The notes under the pieces were generated by a model. That model was not told the origin of the DNA. It ran no database searches and saw nothing but the letters and a program-made list of their open reading frames with translations. This document shows positions 25,379-37,035 of a stretch of 64,000 nt of DNA, in pieces (the first letter of the stretch is position 1; every line of letters starts with the position of its first letter). The DNA is from Octopus sinensis (Eukaryota). The position numbers and the translations under genes were made by a program. The stretch spans positions 112,034,001 through 112,098,000 of the forward strand of contig NC_043001.1 of NCBI RefSeq assembly GCF_006345805.1, read 5' to 3'.

Positions 25379-25522
25379 GGCGCAGGAGTGGCTTTGTGGT
25401 AAGTAGCTTGCTTACTAACCACCTGGTTCTGTGAGTTAAGTCCCACTGCGTGACACCTTGGGCAAGTGTTTTTCTGCTATAGCTTCAGGATTTGGTAGAC
25501 GGAAACTGAAAGGAGCCTCCCG

Positions 25523-25603
<81 letters not shown>

Positions 25604-25820
25604 GTGTGTGTGTGTGTCTGTGAGTGTGTGTGTTTGTGTGTCTGTGTTTGTCTCCCCACCATCACTTGGCAACTAATGCTGGTGTCTCTATGTCCCCGTA
25701 ACGTAGCAGTTCAGCAAAAGAGACCAATAGGATAAGTACTAAACTTACAGAGAATAACTTCTGGGATCGATTTGTTCGACGTAAGGCGATGCTCCAGCAT
25801 GGCTGAAAGAAATAAAAGAG
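25379..25820 (+). mobile_element. SINE family A, near full length
   Basis: Head ggcgcaggagtggctttgtggtaagtagc..., core caccttgggcaagtg, central (TA)(TG)n, shortened tail. Confidence 0.9.
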
Positions 25821-25854
25821 TAGTGTACATCAACTACAATAATTCCATACTTCA

Positions 25855-25950
25855 TTATTCTTTTATTCTTTTATTCGTTTCAGTTGTTTGACTGGGGCCA
25901 TGCTGGAGCACCGACTTTAGTCGAGCAAATCGTCCCCAGGACTTCTTCTT
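25855..25950 (-). mobile_element. SINE family A, tail fragment
   Basis: gtttcagtt.tttgact.gggccatgctggagcaccg.ctttagtcgagcaaatcg. Confidence 0.75.
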
Positions 25951-26194
25951 ACTTCATTCTTTTACTGATTTCACTCAACATTCTATGGCCATGCTGAAGC
26001 ACCGCTTTCAAACCTGTAAGAGATTGTATCAGAAACAACACCACTAAAGGCAAAGTCCGTCACAGCGTTATTAATACCCAAATCATAAAGGAATATAAGT
26101 AAACACCAAATCCGCCATTTCGTTCTTTCTTCCACCAAGTATATCATCCACAATAACACACACCAAGTTTATCTTATTAACTTACTATGCTGAA

Positions 26195-26294
26195 NNNNNN
26201 NNNNNNNNNNNNNNNNNNNNNNNNNNNNNNNNNNNNNNNNNNNNNNNNNNNNNNNNNNNNNNNNNNNNNNNNNNNNNNNNNNNNNNNNNNNNNN
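26195..26294. other. Assembly gap (100 N)
   Basis: Run of N; a round 100 usually marks a gap of unknown size. Confidence 0.99.
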
Positions 26295-26462
26295 TTCAGC
26301 CTCAGAAGTGAACTTGGAACCTAACGGATAACTAATTATAGCACTTACGCAGCATAGATATTGGTTTAGATCATCAGTAACTAAACCCTTCATACAATAT
26401 ATATATATATATAATATATTATATATATATATATATACTATATATATGTATACATATATGTA

Positions 26463-26498
<36 letters not shown>

Positions 26499-26522
26499 CT
26501 ATCTATATATATATATATATAT

Positions 26523-26724
26523 ACTCTTTTACTTGTTTTAGTCATGTGACTGTGGCCATGCTGGAGCACCGCCTTAGTCAAGCAAATCGACCCCGGAACG
26601 TATTCTTTGTAAGCCTAGTCCGTATTCTATCGGACTTGCCGATCCGCTAAGTTAAGGGGACGTAAGCACACCAGCATCGGTTCTCAAGCGATGTTGGGCC
26701 ACAAACACAGACACACAAACACAA

Positions 26725-26757
<33 letters not shown>

Positions 26758-26927
26758 CATATATACGACGGGCTTCTTTCTGTTTCCGTCTACCAATTCC
26801 ACCCACAAGGCTTTGGTCGGACCGAGGCTATAATAGAAGACACTTGCCCAAGGTGCCACGCAGTGGGACTGAACCCGGAACCATGTGGTTGGTAGCAAGT
26901 TACTTACCACACAGCCATTCCTACACC
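26523..26927 (-). mobile_element. SINE family A, full length
   Basis: All diagnostic blocks present. Confidence 0.92.
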
Positions 26928-28468
26928 TATATATATACACAGATACAAATACATATATATATATGTGGACGCATGTATCTTTGTATATATCTATATCTGT
27001 GTACATTCATATATATGCTAAATAGAATATATTGACTTTTAAATTCTATGTTCAATCTCGTATCTATATTGAACATGCTCCTGGCATTCGATATGTCTAC
27101 AAACTTCGATGATAAAAACAGGAGACTAAATGACAGGTTATCCTTATATTTTTAGACTGAAATTCAAATTAACTCATCAATTGTTTAATTAAATAATATT
27201 ATAATAGAAATAAGTTGTAACAAACCATTATCATAGTGTCAGATTTTACATTTCCTTGTGTATTGAAGAATTTTATATTGTTATTATTTACCAAATTTAT
27301 GTTATTTTAACTCCAACGCATGAGAAAGCGTGAAATATTTGCTATTTTGTCACACAAAATTTCACGAAATTATCAAACGCATCACCGAAAAGAAAATACT
27401 GATAAAATTAAAATGTAAAAAAATTAATATATCAAAGCCTACAGATTCGATAGCTGAAAAGTTTTTTTGCTTCCGTCTTTTAAAAATAATTTATTCTTAG
27501 CTTTGCAATTAAGTTAAGGTAGCTGTATTTCTCACTCAACTTGGAAATATAATGATTTAAAGATTTCATGTCACGATGCGATGAACACATTGTTTGAATC
27601 ACGGAAATATATTTCGTTTTAATTTATTAATTTGTTTACACTTCTGTTTGTTTAATTTTTATATTTGTTTATATAAGATTGCGTTTATTGCATTTATGCT
27701 TTGAACTTTCATTTGTTATCATCTCGCATAAAACTTTCTCATTGTAATTTCACTTCAAGAGTTATTAAGAAAAAGAATAGTTTTCCGAAAATTCTTTAAC
27801 GTTTGAAGAGAAAATTCAAAGCGATACTATCGACTGAATTGAACGTTGCAACAGGTAAAGTAAATTCAATGCGAACTGAATATTATAAAAACAAAAAGAA
27901 AAAAAACACTACTACATATTACGGAGAAACGGTGTATAACATTGTTATCTTTGAGCACCACGTCTCTGGCTTCAACGCTACTCGTAGTTACATATACGCG
28001 ATTACATAACTTTAGGAAAAAGAAAAACTACATAAAACACTCTCACACACACACGTATGTATGTATGTATGTATGTATGTATGTATGTATGTATGTATGT
28101 ATGTTTGTATGTATGTATGATGATTACTGTATGAATATGTACTGCTGCTTTTGTATATACATATGTATATAAATACATAAATACATACTCACACGCGCAC
28201 ACACATATCTATACATATACGCGTAAATGTCGAAGAACGAGAATAAGTGCTCAACACTGCATTGTTGGGTATTCGCATTGAATTTACTTTACCTGTTAAT
28301 AACTCTTGAAGTGAAATTGTTGGATAAAGTTTCTTTATTTGTGTATTAAGGCTACCATTGAGTTCATGATAAGAAAATTATTTTAATATCCTATCAATTT
28401 TTCAAGCTGTTCACACAGAGGAATCGTGTCCGTCTCCATTTTGGATGACGTCATGTATATACTCGTAT

Positions 28469-28577
28469 TTGTGAGTGTTTATTGAGCAAAAACACCAAAG
28501 CTCCACGAGGCTCGGCGGGGAGGGATGGTGAACCCCGCTGTACTCTTTCACCACAACTTCTCTCACTCTTTCTTCCT
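28469..28577 (+). mobile_element. SINE family C, internal fragment
   Basis: ttgtgagtgtttattgagc.aaaacacc.aagctccacgaggct...ctgtactctttcaccacaac. Confidence 0.78.
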
Positions 28578-28598
28578 ACTCTTTTCCTTCTACTGTAC

Positions 28599-28671
<73 letters not shown>

Positions 28672-28678
28672 TATATAT

Positions 28679-28937
28679 ATAAATGAAAGAATGGAGTCGA
28701 ACGAAGATGTTAACAAAATTCCTTTACTCTCGACAATGTTTCGCTTTGTTACCATGTAGGCAGTCATCGAAATTTTTGTTTGTCTTCTTGTCGAGAGAGG
28801 CTCCCTTTCTTTCCTGATGAGAAGATTGCATAATGCCCCTTTATTCCTTTTGAATGAAAACATGTTGTCTTCGAAACATATGTCGAGAGTAAAGGAATTT
28901 TGTTAACATTTTCGTTCGACTCCATTCTTTCATTTAT
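28679..28937 (+). ncRNA. Fold-back (~63-bp arms) containing a fully canonical type-I hammerhead (28804-28895)
   Basis: CCUUUCUUUC CUGAUGA GAAGAU [40 nt] GUCUUC GAAA CAUAUG UC GAGAGUAAAGG, with cleavage predicted after C28884. Arms 28681-28743 and 28872-28935. Confidence 0.82.
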
Positions 28938-29001
28938 TCATATACAACACACACATTTATATATATATAATATATATTATATTTATATATATATATATAT
29001 A

Positions 29002-29220
29002 CAGTTTTCCCTCGACTATTGCGGGTGTTATGTTCCAAAACCTGCTACAAAAACAATTAAAATCTAAGAAAGTTTAAATACCTATCGGCCGCAAAATTCG
29101 AGCTATACTGAGAATTTCATGATATAAAGTTAGCTATATTAGCCAGAAAAATCCGCGATAGGGGAACCGCGATATACTGTTTGCGCGATTGGTAAACCGC
29201 GATATGGTGAGGGATTACTG
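29002..29220. mobile_element. pogo/Tigger-type MITE (219 bp)
   Basis: TA|CAGTtttCCCTC...GCGG at the left end and CCGCgat...GAGGGAttACTG|TA at the right end. Confidence 0.72.
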
Positions 29221-30401
29221 TACACACACACTCGCACGCGCACGCACACACACCCATACCCCCCCCCTCCACACACACATATATAATGGTGTGTGTCTGT
29301 ATATTCATCATTTACAAACAATTTCTCGTTATGTATATAAACAGGCCATGCTTAAACTTACATCGGCTGTGAGATAATGGACAGAAAATAATCGGATGAA
29401 GATTAATATCAGCTAAATATCGTTGATCTTTTCTTCCATTAAAACTATCCAATTTTGCTAATCGCCAACATCTATTTATTCCTTCTGTTACATATTCCTT
29501 GAAATTAGAGCCGAACGGAAAAAAAAAATATAAATATAAATATAAAATAGTCCATTGATTTTATGTTTTGCCTTGTTAGGTTCCCATAGCAATTACCTAT
29601 ATTCTTGGTATTTTTCTAGAATTATTTTAGGTTTAGCATGCTTCTTATTTCTTATCTTCTTTCCAGCTTACGTCTGCATGATAGGGCTTCTGGTTTCAAA
29701 GTAAGAATTCCTGATAAGAGAGAAAAAAAAAAAAAAAAAAAAAACATCAGTTCTGATATCTTTCTTGATATCATTTTCGTTCGATTTAGATTCGCATATC
29801 ACTAATGATATTACGATATCTTTATTTTCAGTTTTACAAGGAAATAATTGAATTTTAGTCCGTGCCTTCCTTGCTGCTACATTTTGAATAAAATGTTTCT
29901 TTGGTGTACTGGCTAAAAATAAAAAAACGAAAAAGCATATAAAAACATGGAATAGAAATTTAAACATGTTTCCCGCTTCCCCCATCTTCCTGTTCTGTGG
30001 TTATATTCAGCTTAACGTTAATCTATATTTCATTAGATAATTGCATGGTATTGGATTTGACCCTCTCATATTCGCGTATACATGTGTACAATTTTAACGC
30101 TAATATATCCAGATGAGTCCCCGGGATGCGAAGCATAATTGATGCAGGAGTGTAAACTGAGATATTCAAACGATTCTTACAGCAATATGTGTCTATGCGT
30201 GCACATGTCTGTCTGTAAGCTTCTCAAGTAAGGTACGGCATCTGCCCTTATCTCAATGATTATGCAATGAAAATAATAGTAAATTTTCGAGTAAAAATAC
30301 CTCTGTTATATTATAGAGCGAAATGATATCATTGATACAAAACCAAAAGTATGACCGCTGGCAAACGATATCATCCAATAGAGTGGATATATATTATATA
30401 T

Positions 30402-30438
<37 letters not shown>

Positions 30439-30894
30439 TATTTATATATTAATATGAAAACACGTGTTTGAGGGATCGCGATAAGTAGAAACGAGAGAGA
30501 TATTTCAGAAAAATAGAGAGGGAGAGGGAGAGAGAGAGAGAGGGAGGGAAGAAGCTGTAGATTTGAGTAAGATGAAGTAGAAAGAACAGATGGTTGTTCA
30601 CAATGTCTGATGTGAAATATAACAGGATGATCTACCTAGCCGTTACTTTGATCGTATCTCATCAAATTTAGCTGTTCTTTATCTATACTATATACGCCAG
30701 CGCGTATACAAAGCGACATATAAATGCAGGTATTCATGCACACATCCATATGCATCTACACATGCATATCCCCCCAAAGATATACATGTGTATATAACAT
30801 ACGTACGCACACACAAACACACACGCATTCATATATATACTTATATAATATATATATATGTGTGTGTGTGTATGTATGTATATAGTATATAATA

Positions 30895-30934
<40 letters not shown>

Positions 30935-31588
30935 TATATATAAATAGATATTTCTACGTATATATACATATAGTTGTTTATACGTATATTCGCATAGATA
31001 AATATTTGCAGTAAAGGTGCCTTTTAACCAGTATAAAATGCGATAGGCCGAAAAAATACTACATACTTTTAGAAACATTTGAAGAATCTTGTGCTATGAA
31101 TTACACTAGTCACTTTGATTAGTTATATAGCCTTGTTGTTCTTTCATGAGTTGTGGATGCTGGAGAATTCTGTCGTTTGAAGTTTCAATCAACAAATACG
31201 AAGTCGTCTTTTTGTCTTGATATTTTGTTCGGCTTTCTTGCTTTCGCTGTGTCTAATTTGATCAGTATATTATTGACTCTGTTATGATTGTATCGTAAAT
31301 AATCTTTATACATACATACATAGATACATACATACATACATACATACATACATACATACATACATACATACATACATACATAATGAAGGCATAAATGGTA
31401 TAGTTATCCACTTGTTACAGCTCAACCAATTAGCGCTCTAATGGAGATTCGGGAATATAAAATTTAGAGAGAAACAAATTTCAAAGGTCAGTGATTATAT
31501 TCATTCAATCCATTTCAAATTATCGAAATTCTCCACAATATGCAATATACATAGATGCGTTTACATATATGAGACATGATAAAAATTT

Positions 31589-31640
31589 ACCTTCATCAGG
31601 TGTCTTGGGGAAATTCCGAACCTGGGTTCTCATTTCTAAT
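31589..31640 (-). mobile_element. Inverted partial copy of HHR family F (5' half of the hammerhead with intact CUGAUGA)
   Basis: Minus strand reads ttagaaatgagaacccaggttcggaatttccccaaGACAC CTGATGA AGG. Confidence 0.8.
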
Positions 31641-31643
31641 GTC

Positions 31644-31740
31644 ATATGGTGTAGAGGTTAAGAGTGCGAGCTACTAATCCCAAGATTCTGAGTTCGATTA
31701 TGCAGTGACCTCAATGATAATAATAATAATAATAATAATG

Positions 31741-31795
<55 letters not shown>

Positions 31796-31859
31796 TAATA
31801 ACAACAACAACAACAACAACAATAACAATAACAACAACAACAGCAACAACAACGACAAC

Positions 31860-31897
<38 letters not shown>

Positions 31898-32139
31898 GAT
31901 AGTGCTCATAGGAACTGCTCATGTCCTGCGCAAAATACTTTCTATGTAATCTCAGGGTTTAAAACAAATATTATTTTCGTTTTTTTTTTTTGGACATTCT
32001 AGTGAATGTACAACACAAAAACCCCCACAAATATATGGCACACTAGGCATAACAACAACATGAACTTCCAACCTGTTGTCTCTTGAGGTCTCTGGGTGAG
32101 ACTTGGAGCCAACTTGTACAAATATAAAGCAAAAGTCAA

Positions 32140-32207
<68 letters not shown>

Positions 32208-32345
32208 CATCGAAAAAACGTTAGGAATGAGAACCTAGGTTCCAAATTTCTCCAAGACACCTAATGAAGGCTGGAAGATATATCAGCCGAAACGTTGTTG
32301 ATGAGGACAAATATAATGTACATAATTTTAACCATTCTTCATATA
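31644..32345 (+). mobile_element. Putative tRNA-headed HHR SINE (family F): Pol III-like head, (AAT)n, hammerhead body; interrupted by an R4/Dong 3' end
   Basis: A-box-like TGGTGTAGAGG at 31647-57 and B-box-like GAGTTCGATT at 31690-99. (AAT)n follows. The body from 32205 includes GACAC CUAAUGA A GGCUG..CAGCC GAAACGUU GU at 32256-32298. Confidence 0.6.
31893..32205 (+). mobile_element. 5'-truncated R4/Dong-like element, 3' end, inserted in (TAA)n
   Basis: KIVLIGTAHVLRKILSM* at 31896-31949, a 3' UTR to about 32142, then a (TAA)n tail. It is preceded by (TAA)n. Confidence 0.65.
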
Positions 32346-32555
32346 ACAAATTCGGTTAAATATTCACTGGATACCCACGCAGTTACCTATTAACAACTGT
32401 TGACATTTTTCTAGCCAATCGTCTTTGGCATCAGCTATTGGTGGGCGTTGACAAATTGAAATTTAAACAGTTCTACATTTAAAAGATGAGGTATTATGTA
32501 CAATATTTATATTATTTACATTTGACGGGTTTTGTCCTCATCTTGTTTGTTGTTA

Positions 32556-33250
32556 TTTCCTTTCAATGCGTCGTTTCCACCATGTTTCTATTGCTCCCCA
32601 TTTTTTGTTCTCTTAAGTTGAAATTTCTCTTCAGCAAGTAGTGCAATAGCTTGGAGAAGATTCCTTGTTTGTGTTATGTCCTCCATTTGGCAGTATTTAT
32701 CTTTTGTGTTTATTTATCACATTCTTATCTACATTCATGGGGAATTTTTCTTCTGGAGTATTCATCAAGTCGGTGAGTCGTCTTTGAATTTCAAGCAATC
32801 TTAATCTATAGTTGGTTCATTTCTCCTGCATATCCACCCACTACAGTATCAGGGTTCACTTTTTAACGATCCTGTTCCTCATCCTTAACAGCCCCATCAC
32901 CATTTCCCTGATCCTCCTGTCTACTGTCCTCTCTGTTTTCAATTCCGACCATCCTTTGTAGCCCATTCGCAGGGTCTCTCAAACTCTCACTAATCCGAGA
33001 TATTTCTATTCCAGTAAAGTAGCGCTTTCTCCTAATTACTCTCACTTGATTCATTAGTTCATTTTCTGACATAGGACACATGTCCTTTTCCATCCAAAAT
33101 TTCAAAATACGTCGGCCTACTCCGCGACTTCTTTCCAGCTTTCTTCTTTCATGGCATTCAATAAGTGTATCGTATTCTTCTTTCGTTCAATTATGTCTGT
33201 TTTTGCGTACGCCGTGAGAGGGATCTGTTGTGACATAACGACCCCCCGCA
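32556..33250 (-). mobile_element. R4/Dong-like N-terminal ORF relic
   Basis: EEYDTLIECHERRKLERSRGVGRRILKFWMEKDMCPMSENELMNQVRVIRRKRYFT...EDITQTRNLLQAIALLAEEKF...WWKRRIE; the motif order is the one I recall for R4/Dong N-termini. Confidence 0.55.
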
Positions 33251-33284
33251 CAATATAAACTAACGTGGGGTTGTTCATTGAAGA

Positions 33285-33522
33285 TATTGTGTCTTCTGTG
33301 GGGTCTGTACTCTTTGTCAAGTCTCAACAAGAACATCAGACCGACAGTACTTTCTACAATATGAGTGCAGTTCTAAATAATGCCGTCTCCTGCAATACAT
33401 CTAGATTGTAGTGTATTTCAATGGTTTTAAGATTTTTGCTTTTTCATATTGGGTGGTATTGAACCCAATGCCCCTATGACAATAGGGATAACCTTTATGT
33501 TCGACTCTCGTAGCTGCCACAT
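33285..33522 (-). mobile_element. R4/Dong-like RLE C-terminus and 3' UTR relic
   Basis: MWQLRESNIKVIPIVIGALGSIPP...LKTIEIHYNLDVLQETALFRTALIL*KVLSV* (stop at 33336-38). Confidence 0.65.
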
Positions 33523-33562
33523 TTCAGGCCTTGTGCTTATAGTAGAAAAGATTGTTATTATT

Positions 33563-33594
<32 letters not shown>

Positions 33595-33615
33595 TATTAT
33601 TGTTATTATTATTAC
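33521..33615 (+). mobile_element. SINE B alternative tail fragment with (ATT/ATC)n tail
   Basis: atttcaggccttgtgcttatagtagaaaagattgttatt matches the tail of the SINE B copies at 41340, 59814 and 61443. Confidence 0.6.
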
Positions 33616-34548
33616 TTTACTTTTCAGAGCTCTCTGTCTTACTTTCTCTGGTTGATTCTGTGAAAACGGACAACAACCAGCTGTCAGAGGTCTCGCCGTG
33701 TCACTTTCCGCAATATTATAAGCTTATTATCATTATTATTATTGGTATTATTATTATTATTTGTAACGTCATTATCATCAGCATCAGTTTCATCTTTAGT
33801 AAATAACAATATCAACGAACAATTGCTCTCATGTATGAGTTTATTTATTATTGTATTTCTCACTTGTAATACATTACCTCCAGTGACAGAATGATCCGTT
33901 ATAATATCTGCATTAGTTCTTTGGCACCAACCGTGACGCCATGATGCAAAGATGGCGACGCCTTGAGGTGATAGCTGCACCAACAACAATAGACATTCAT
34001 TGGCAAAGTGCTTGCCAGTTAAACAAACTGTGAAACGCATTGCACGGTGGTTACTCGTAGAATTTAACTACTTAAAGAAAACTTTCCCAACCACGCCTGG
34101 ACAAATGTTTGCCAACACACATAGAAATATACAGGAATTAGTGAAAGCCACCTGATAAAGCAATACAAGACTGCTTAGTTGGACCATGACACCGCCACCA
34201 TCACCACCAGCAGCAGCAGCAACAACAACAGCAACTACAACAACAGCAGCAACAACAACAGCAACAACAAAAAGAACAGTGGGTGAGGGTAAGAATATGT
34301 TTAACTAAATACGCGAATAAATTACAATACTAAATGAACCAAATTTGAACGTACACAGAACACAAACCTAGCATCTTCCCATTGATAATACTGACTATGC
34401 TGTTTGTTGGTGATTCGTTTAATATATTCCATTATCATCATCGTAAAATTTTGTCACCTTGTAACGAATCTAACGTACGCTGTTTATCAAAATCTCCCTT
34501 CTATACTTGTGCGTACCTCTACTCGCATACACAATTGCAAATATACAC

Positions 34549-34594
<46 letters not shown>

Positions 34595-34672
34595 ATCTAT
34601 CTATCTATCTATCTATCTATCTAAAGCACGACTTGTTCGTGATTGATCAGAGTTGTTCGAAAACCGAGGTAC

Positions 34673-34715
<43 letters not shown>

Positions 34716-34718
<3 letters not shown>

Positions 34719-35367
34719 AGAAATCACGAAAAAAAAACAAAAGACGAAGACAGGTGGTGTAGACAACAAGCAGATGTATTAGTATAACGCTTGGGAAGTG
34801 AAAAAGTCTTTAACGTTTCGAGCCTACGCTCTTCCACAGAAAGGAACGCAGAAAGAAACAAGGAGAGAAAAAAATGTATATTTATGTGAGTGTGCGGAGT
34901 AGATGTAACAGGGGACAACTGAGGAAGGGAATGTTCTTTATGTTGCATGTTTCGTTTCTCTGTTTGTTTGTTAGTTTTTAAGTTGTTCGAAAAATAGGTC
35001 GTTTTCTAAGTTTTCGTTTTTTCTATGTTCTCGTTTGTCATTGTGCCTACGTGTTTTTCATGTCCTGTATTCATATATGCATGTATATATACATATATAT
35101 GTAGGTATGTACATATATGTATGTTTATAAGCATATATTTATATTATATTATATATAAGTCGCAATGATATATATATATCAGTCGCCATGATAGATCGTT
35201 AGCCACTACGTACATTTTTTCTCTCCTTGTTTTTTCTGTGTTCCTTTCTGTACAAGGGCGTAGGCTCGAAACGCAAAAGACATTTTTCTATTCCTGAACG
35301 TTATACTAATACATCTGTTGGTGTTGTACACCACCTGTCTTCGTCTTTTTTTTTCGTAAACTCTCCC
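34716..35367. mobile_element. Two divergent HHR family G copies forming a 652-bp unit with ~150-bp inverted ends in (TA)n
   Basis: Left copy, minus, 34808-34843: CUUU CUGUGGA A GAGC GUAG GCUC GAAACGUU AAAG. Right copy, plus, 35244-35279: CUUU CUGUACA A GGGC GUAG GCUC GAAACGCA AAAG. Both end in ...ctccc(TA)n. Confidence 0.8.
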
Positions 35368-35377
35368 TATATATATA

Positions 35378-35488
<111 letters not shown>

Positions 35489-35712
35489 GTATAAAGATGG
35501 TCCCATTCCCGGTAAGTTTCTTGCTAGTGCCTCCAGAGTAGAAACAATATTATCGATAATGGCTGAAATTGCGCTTGACCCTCTGGCCAATAACTGAAGC
35601 GGACTCGGTGGTCTTCTGTGTTTCCCGTTCGTCAGTATCCTTAGTATATGTTCGTATGTTTTTTTTTTACTACACGTTTATTTTGATTATGTATATGTAT
35701 GTATATATATAT

Positions 35713-35946
35713 GTGGAGGCGCGTGGCGTAATGGTTGGTGTTTTCCGCACCATGATCCTAGGATTGTGGTTTCTATTCCTGGACCAGGCGACGCGTTGTG
35801 ATCTTGAGCAAAACACTCCATTTCACGTTGCTCCAGTCCGCTCAGCTGGCAAAAATGAGTAACGCTGCGATGGACTGGCATCCGGTCCAGCTGGGTAATA
35901 CATACGTCATTGAAACCGGGCCCATGAGCCTAGCTAGGCTTTAAAA
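35713..35946 (+). mobile_element. tRNA-derived SINE family D (CORE-like block plus V-domain-like block)
   Basis: Head gtggaggcgcgtggcgtaatggtt, block gttgtgatcttgagcaaaacac, and tgcgatggactggcatccggtccag at 35866-35890. A related head fragment lies at about 25310-25373. Confidence 0.65.
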
Positions 35947-35955
35947 ATGCGCATT

Positions 35956-36050
<95 letters not shown>

Positions 36051-36167
36051 AGTTATGTCAAATTTTCTGTTTATTGTCTTTTTATTTAATCCTGAAAATA
36101 TTAATTCTTTACTCATTCATAGAAATATTTTCTGTCTTTTTCCTTTACTTTTCTTCTCTTACTCCTG

Positions 36168-36207
<40 letters not shown>

Positions 36208-36859
36208 ATCGCTCTCTCTCTTTCTCTGTTACCCTCCTCCGACTACCTCCTGATCCGTGACGGCCTCAAGCGGTATCATTCTTTATCGCCTTGCCTTCGA
36301 ACGGACTAGTCACGGTTTTCTGAGCTTCTCACTCTACCCCTGCCGTGGCTACAGTTCTTTAGGGCAGTCTTTCATTTCTCTTTTGCGTTACACAATTTTG
36401 CCCTGTCTTGCAGCGATAGGGCTTGTTTTGCTGTATACGTACTATTATCATTTTAATTGTTGTCTTCGTGTGGCCCTAAGCTTTTATTCTGTTTATTGTC
36501 TTGACATAGAGGAAGTTTATGATGGCAAATTTGTCCGTTTGCTTGCGGCTATATACATCAATGATTCGAATAATTAGTGAAAACATTTCCCGTCAACACA
36601 TCCTCATATGTATGCTGGACATAGTAATCTATCAATCAATCTATCTATAGACACACACTTATCTCTCGTACGCACGCATGCACGCACACACACACACACA
36701 CACACGCACACAAACTCACACGCACATGCACGCATTGACACAGACTTATATAATATAATTCTGTGTAACATAATGTGATAAAATGTCCTCCGATGATCTA
36801 ATAAAGATGTTAGAAATAACCCAAATTGTAAATTGTACGTACGGAACAGATATACTATA

Positions 36860-37035
36860 GATTTATTATATATATCTACAATATGTCAGGAAGAATGGAA
36901 TAAATATATATCTATAATATATCAGGAAGAATGGAATAAATTTACGTCAGCTCATTGTGAGAAATTGGTCAAATCCTGTGGTTGGAGATGTGTTGAAGAC
37001 ATTAAAAATGAAGGAATGAAACATATTAATTATAT
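36860..37035 (+). mobile_element. Tc1 transposase C-terminal fragment with an internal tandem duplication
   Basis: ICQEEWNK...IYQEEWNKFTSAHCEKLVKSCGWRCVEDIKNEG resembles Tc1 C-termini. Confidence 0.55.

Noticed and set aside
26189-26300. Gap flanks gctgaa / ttcagc are reverse complements
   Set aside because: Only 6 bp and no longer inverted homology; compatible with chance.
30105-30150. cagatgagtccccgggatgcgaagc, superficially like CUGAUGAGUCC...GGACGAAAC
   Set aside because: The core is altered, there are extra bases before GAA, and no stem I or III can be built.
33930-33965. YY1-like aagatggcg with a CRE half-site, and the minus-strand 118-aa ORF 33684-34040
   Set aside because: Short motifs expected by chance; the ORF has no recognisable domain and runs into trinucleotide repeats.
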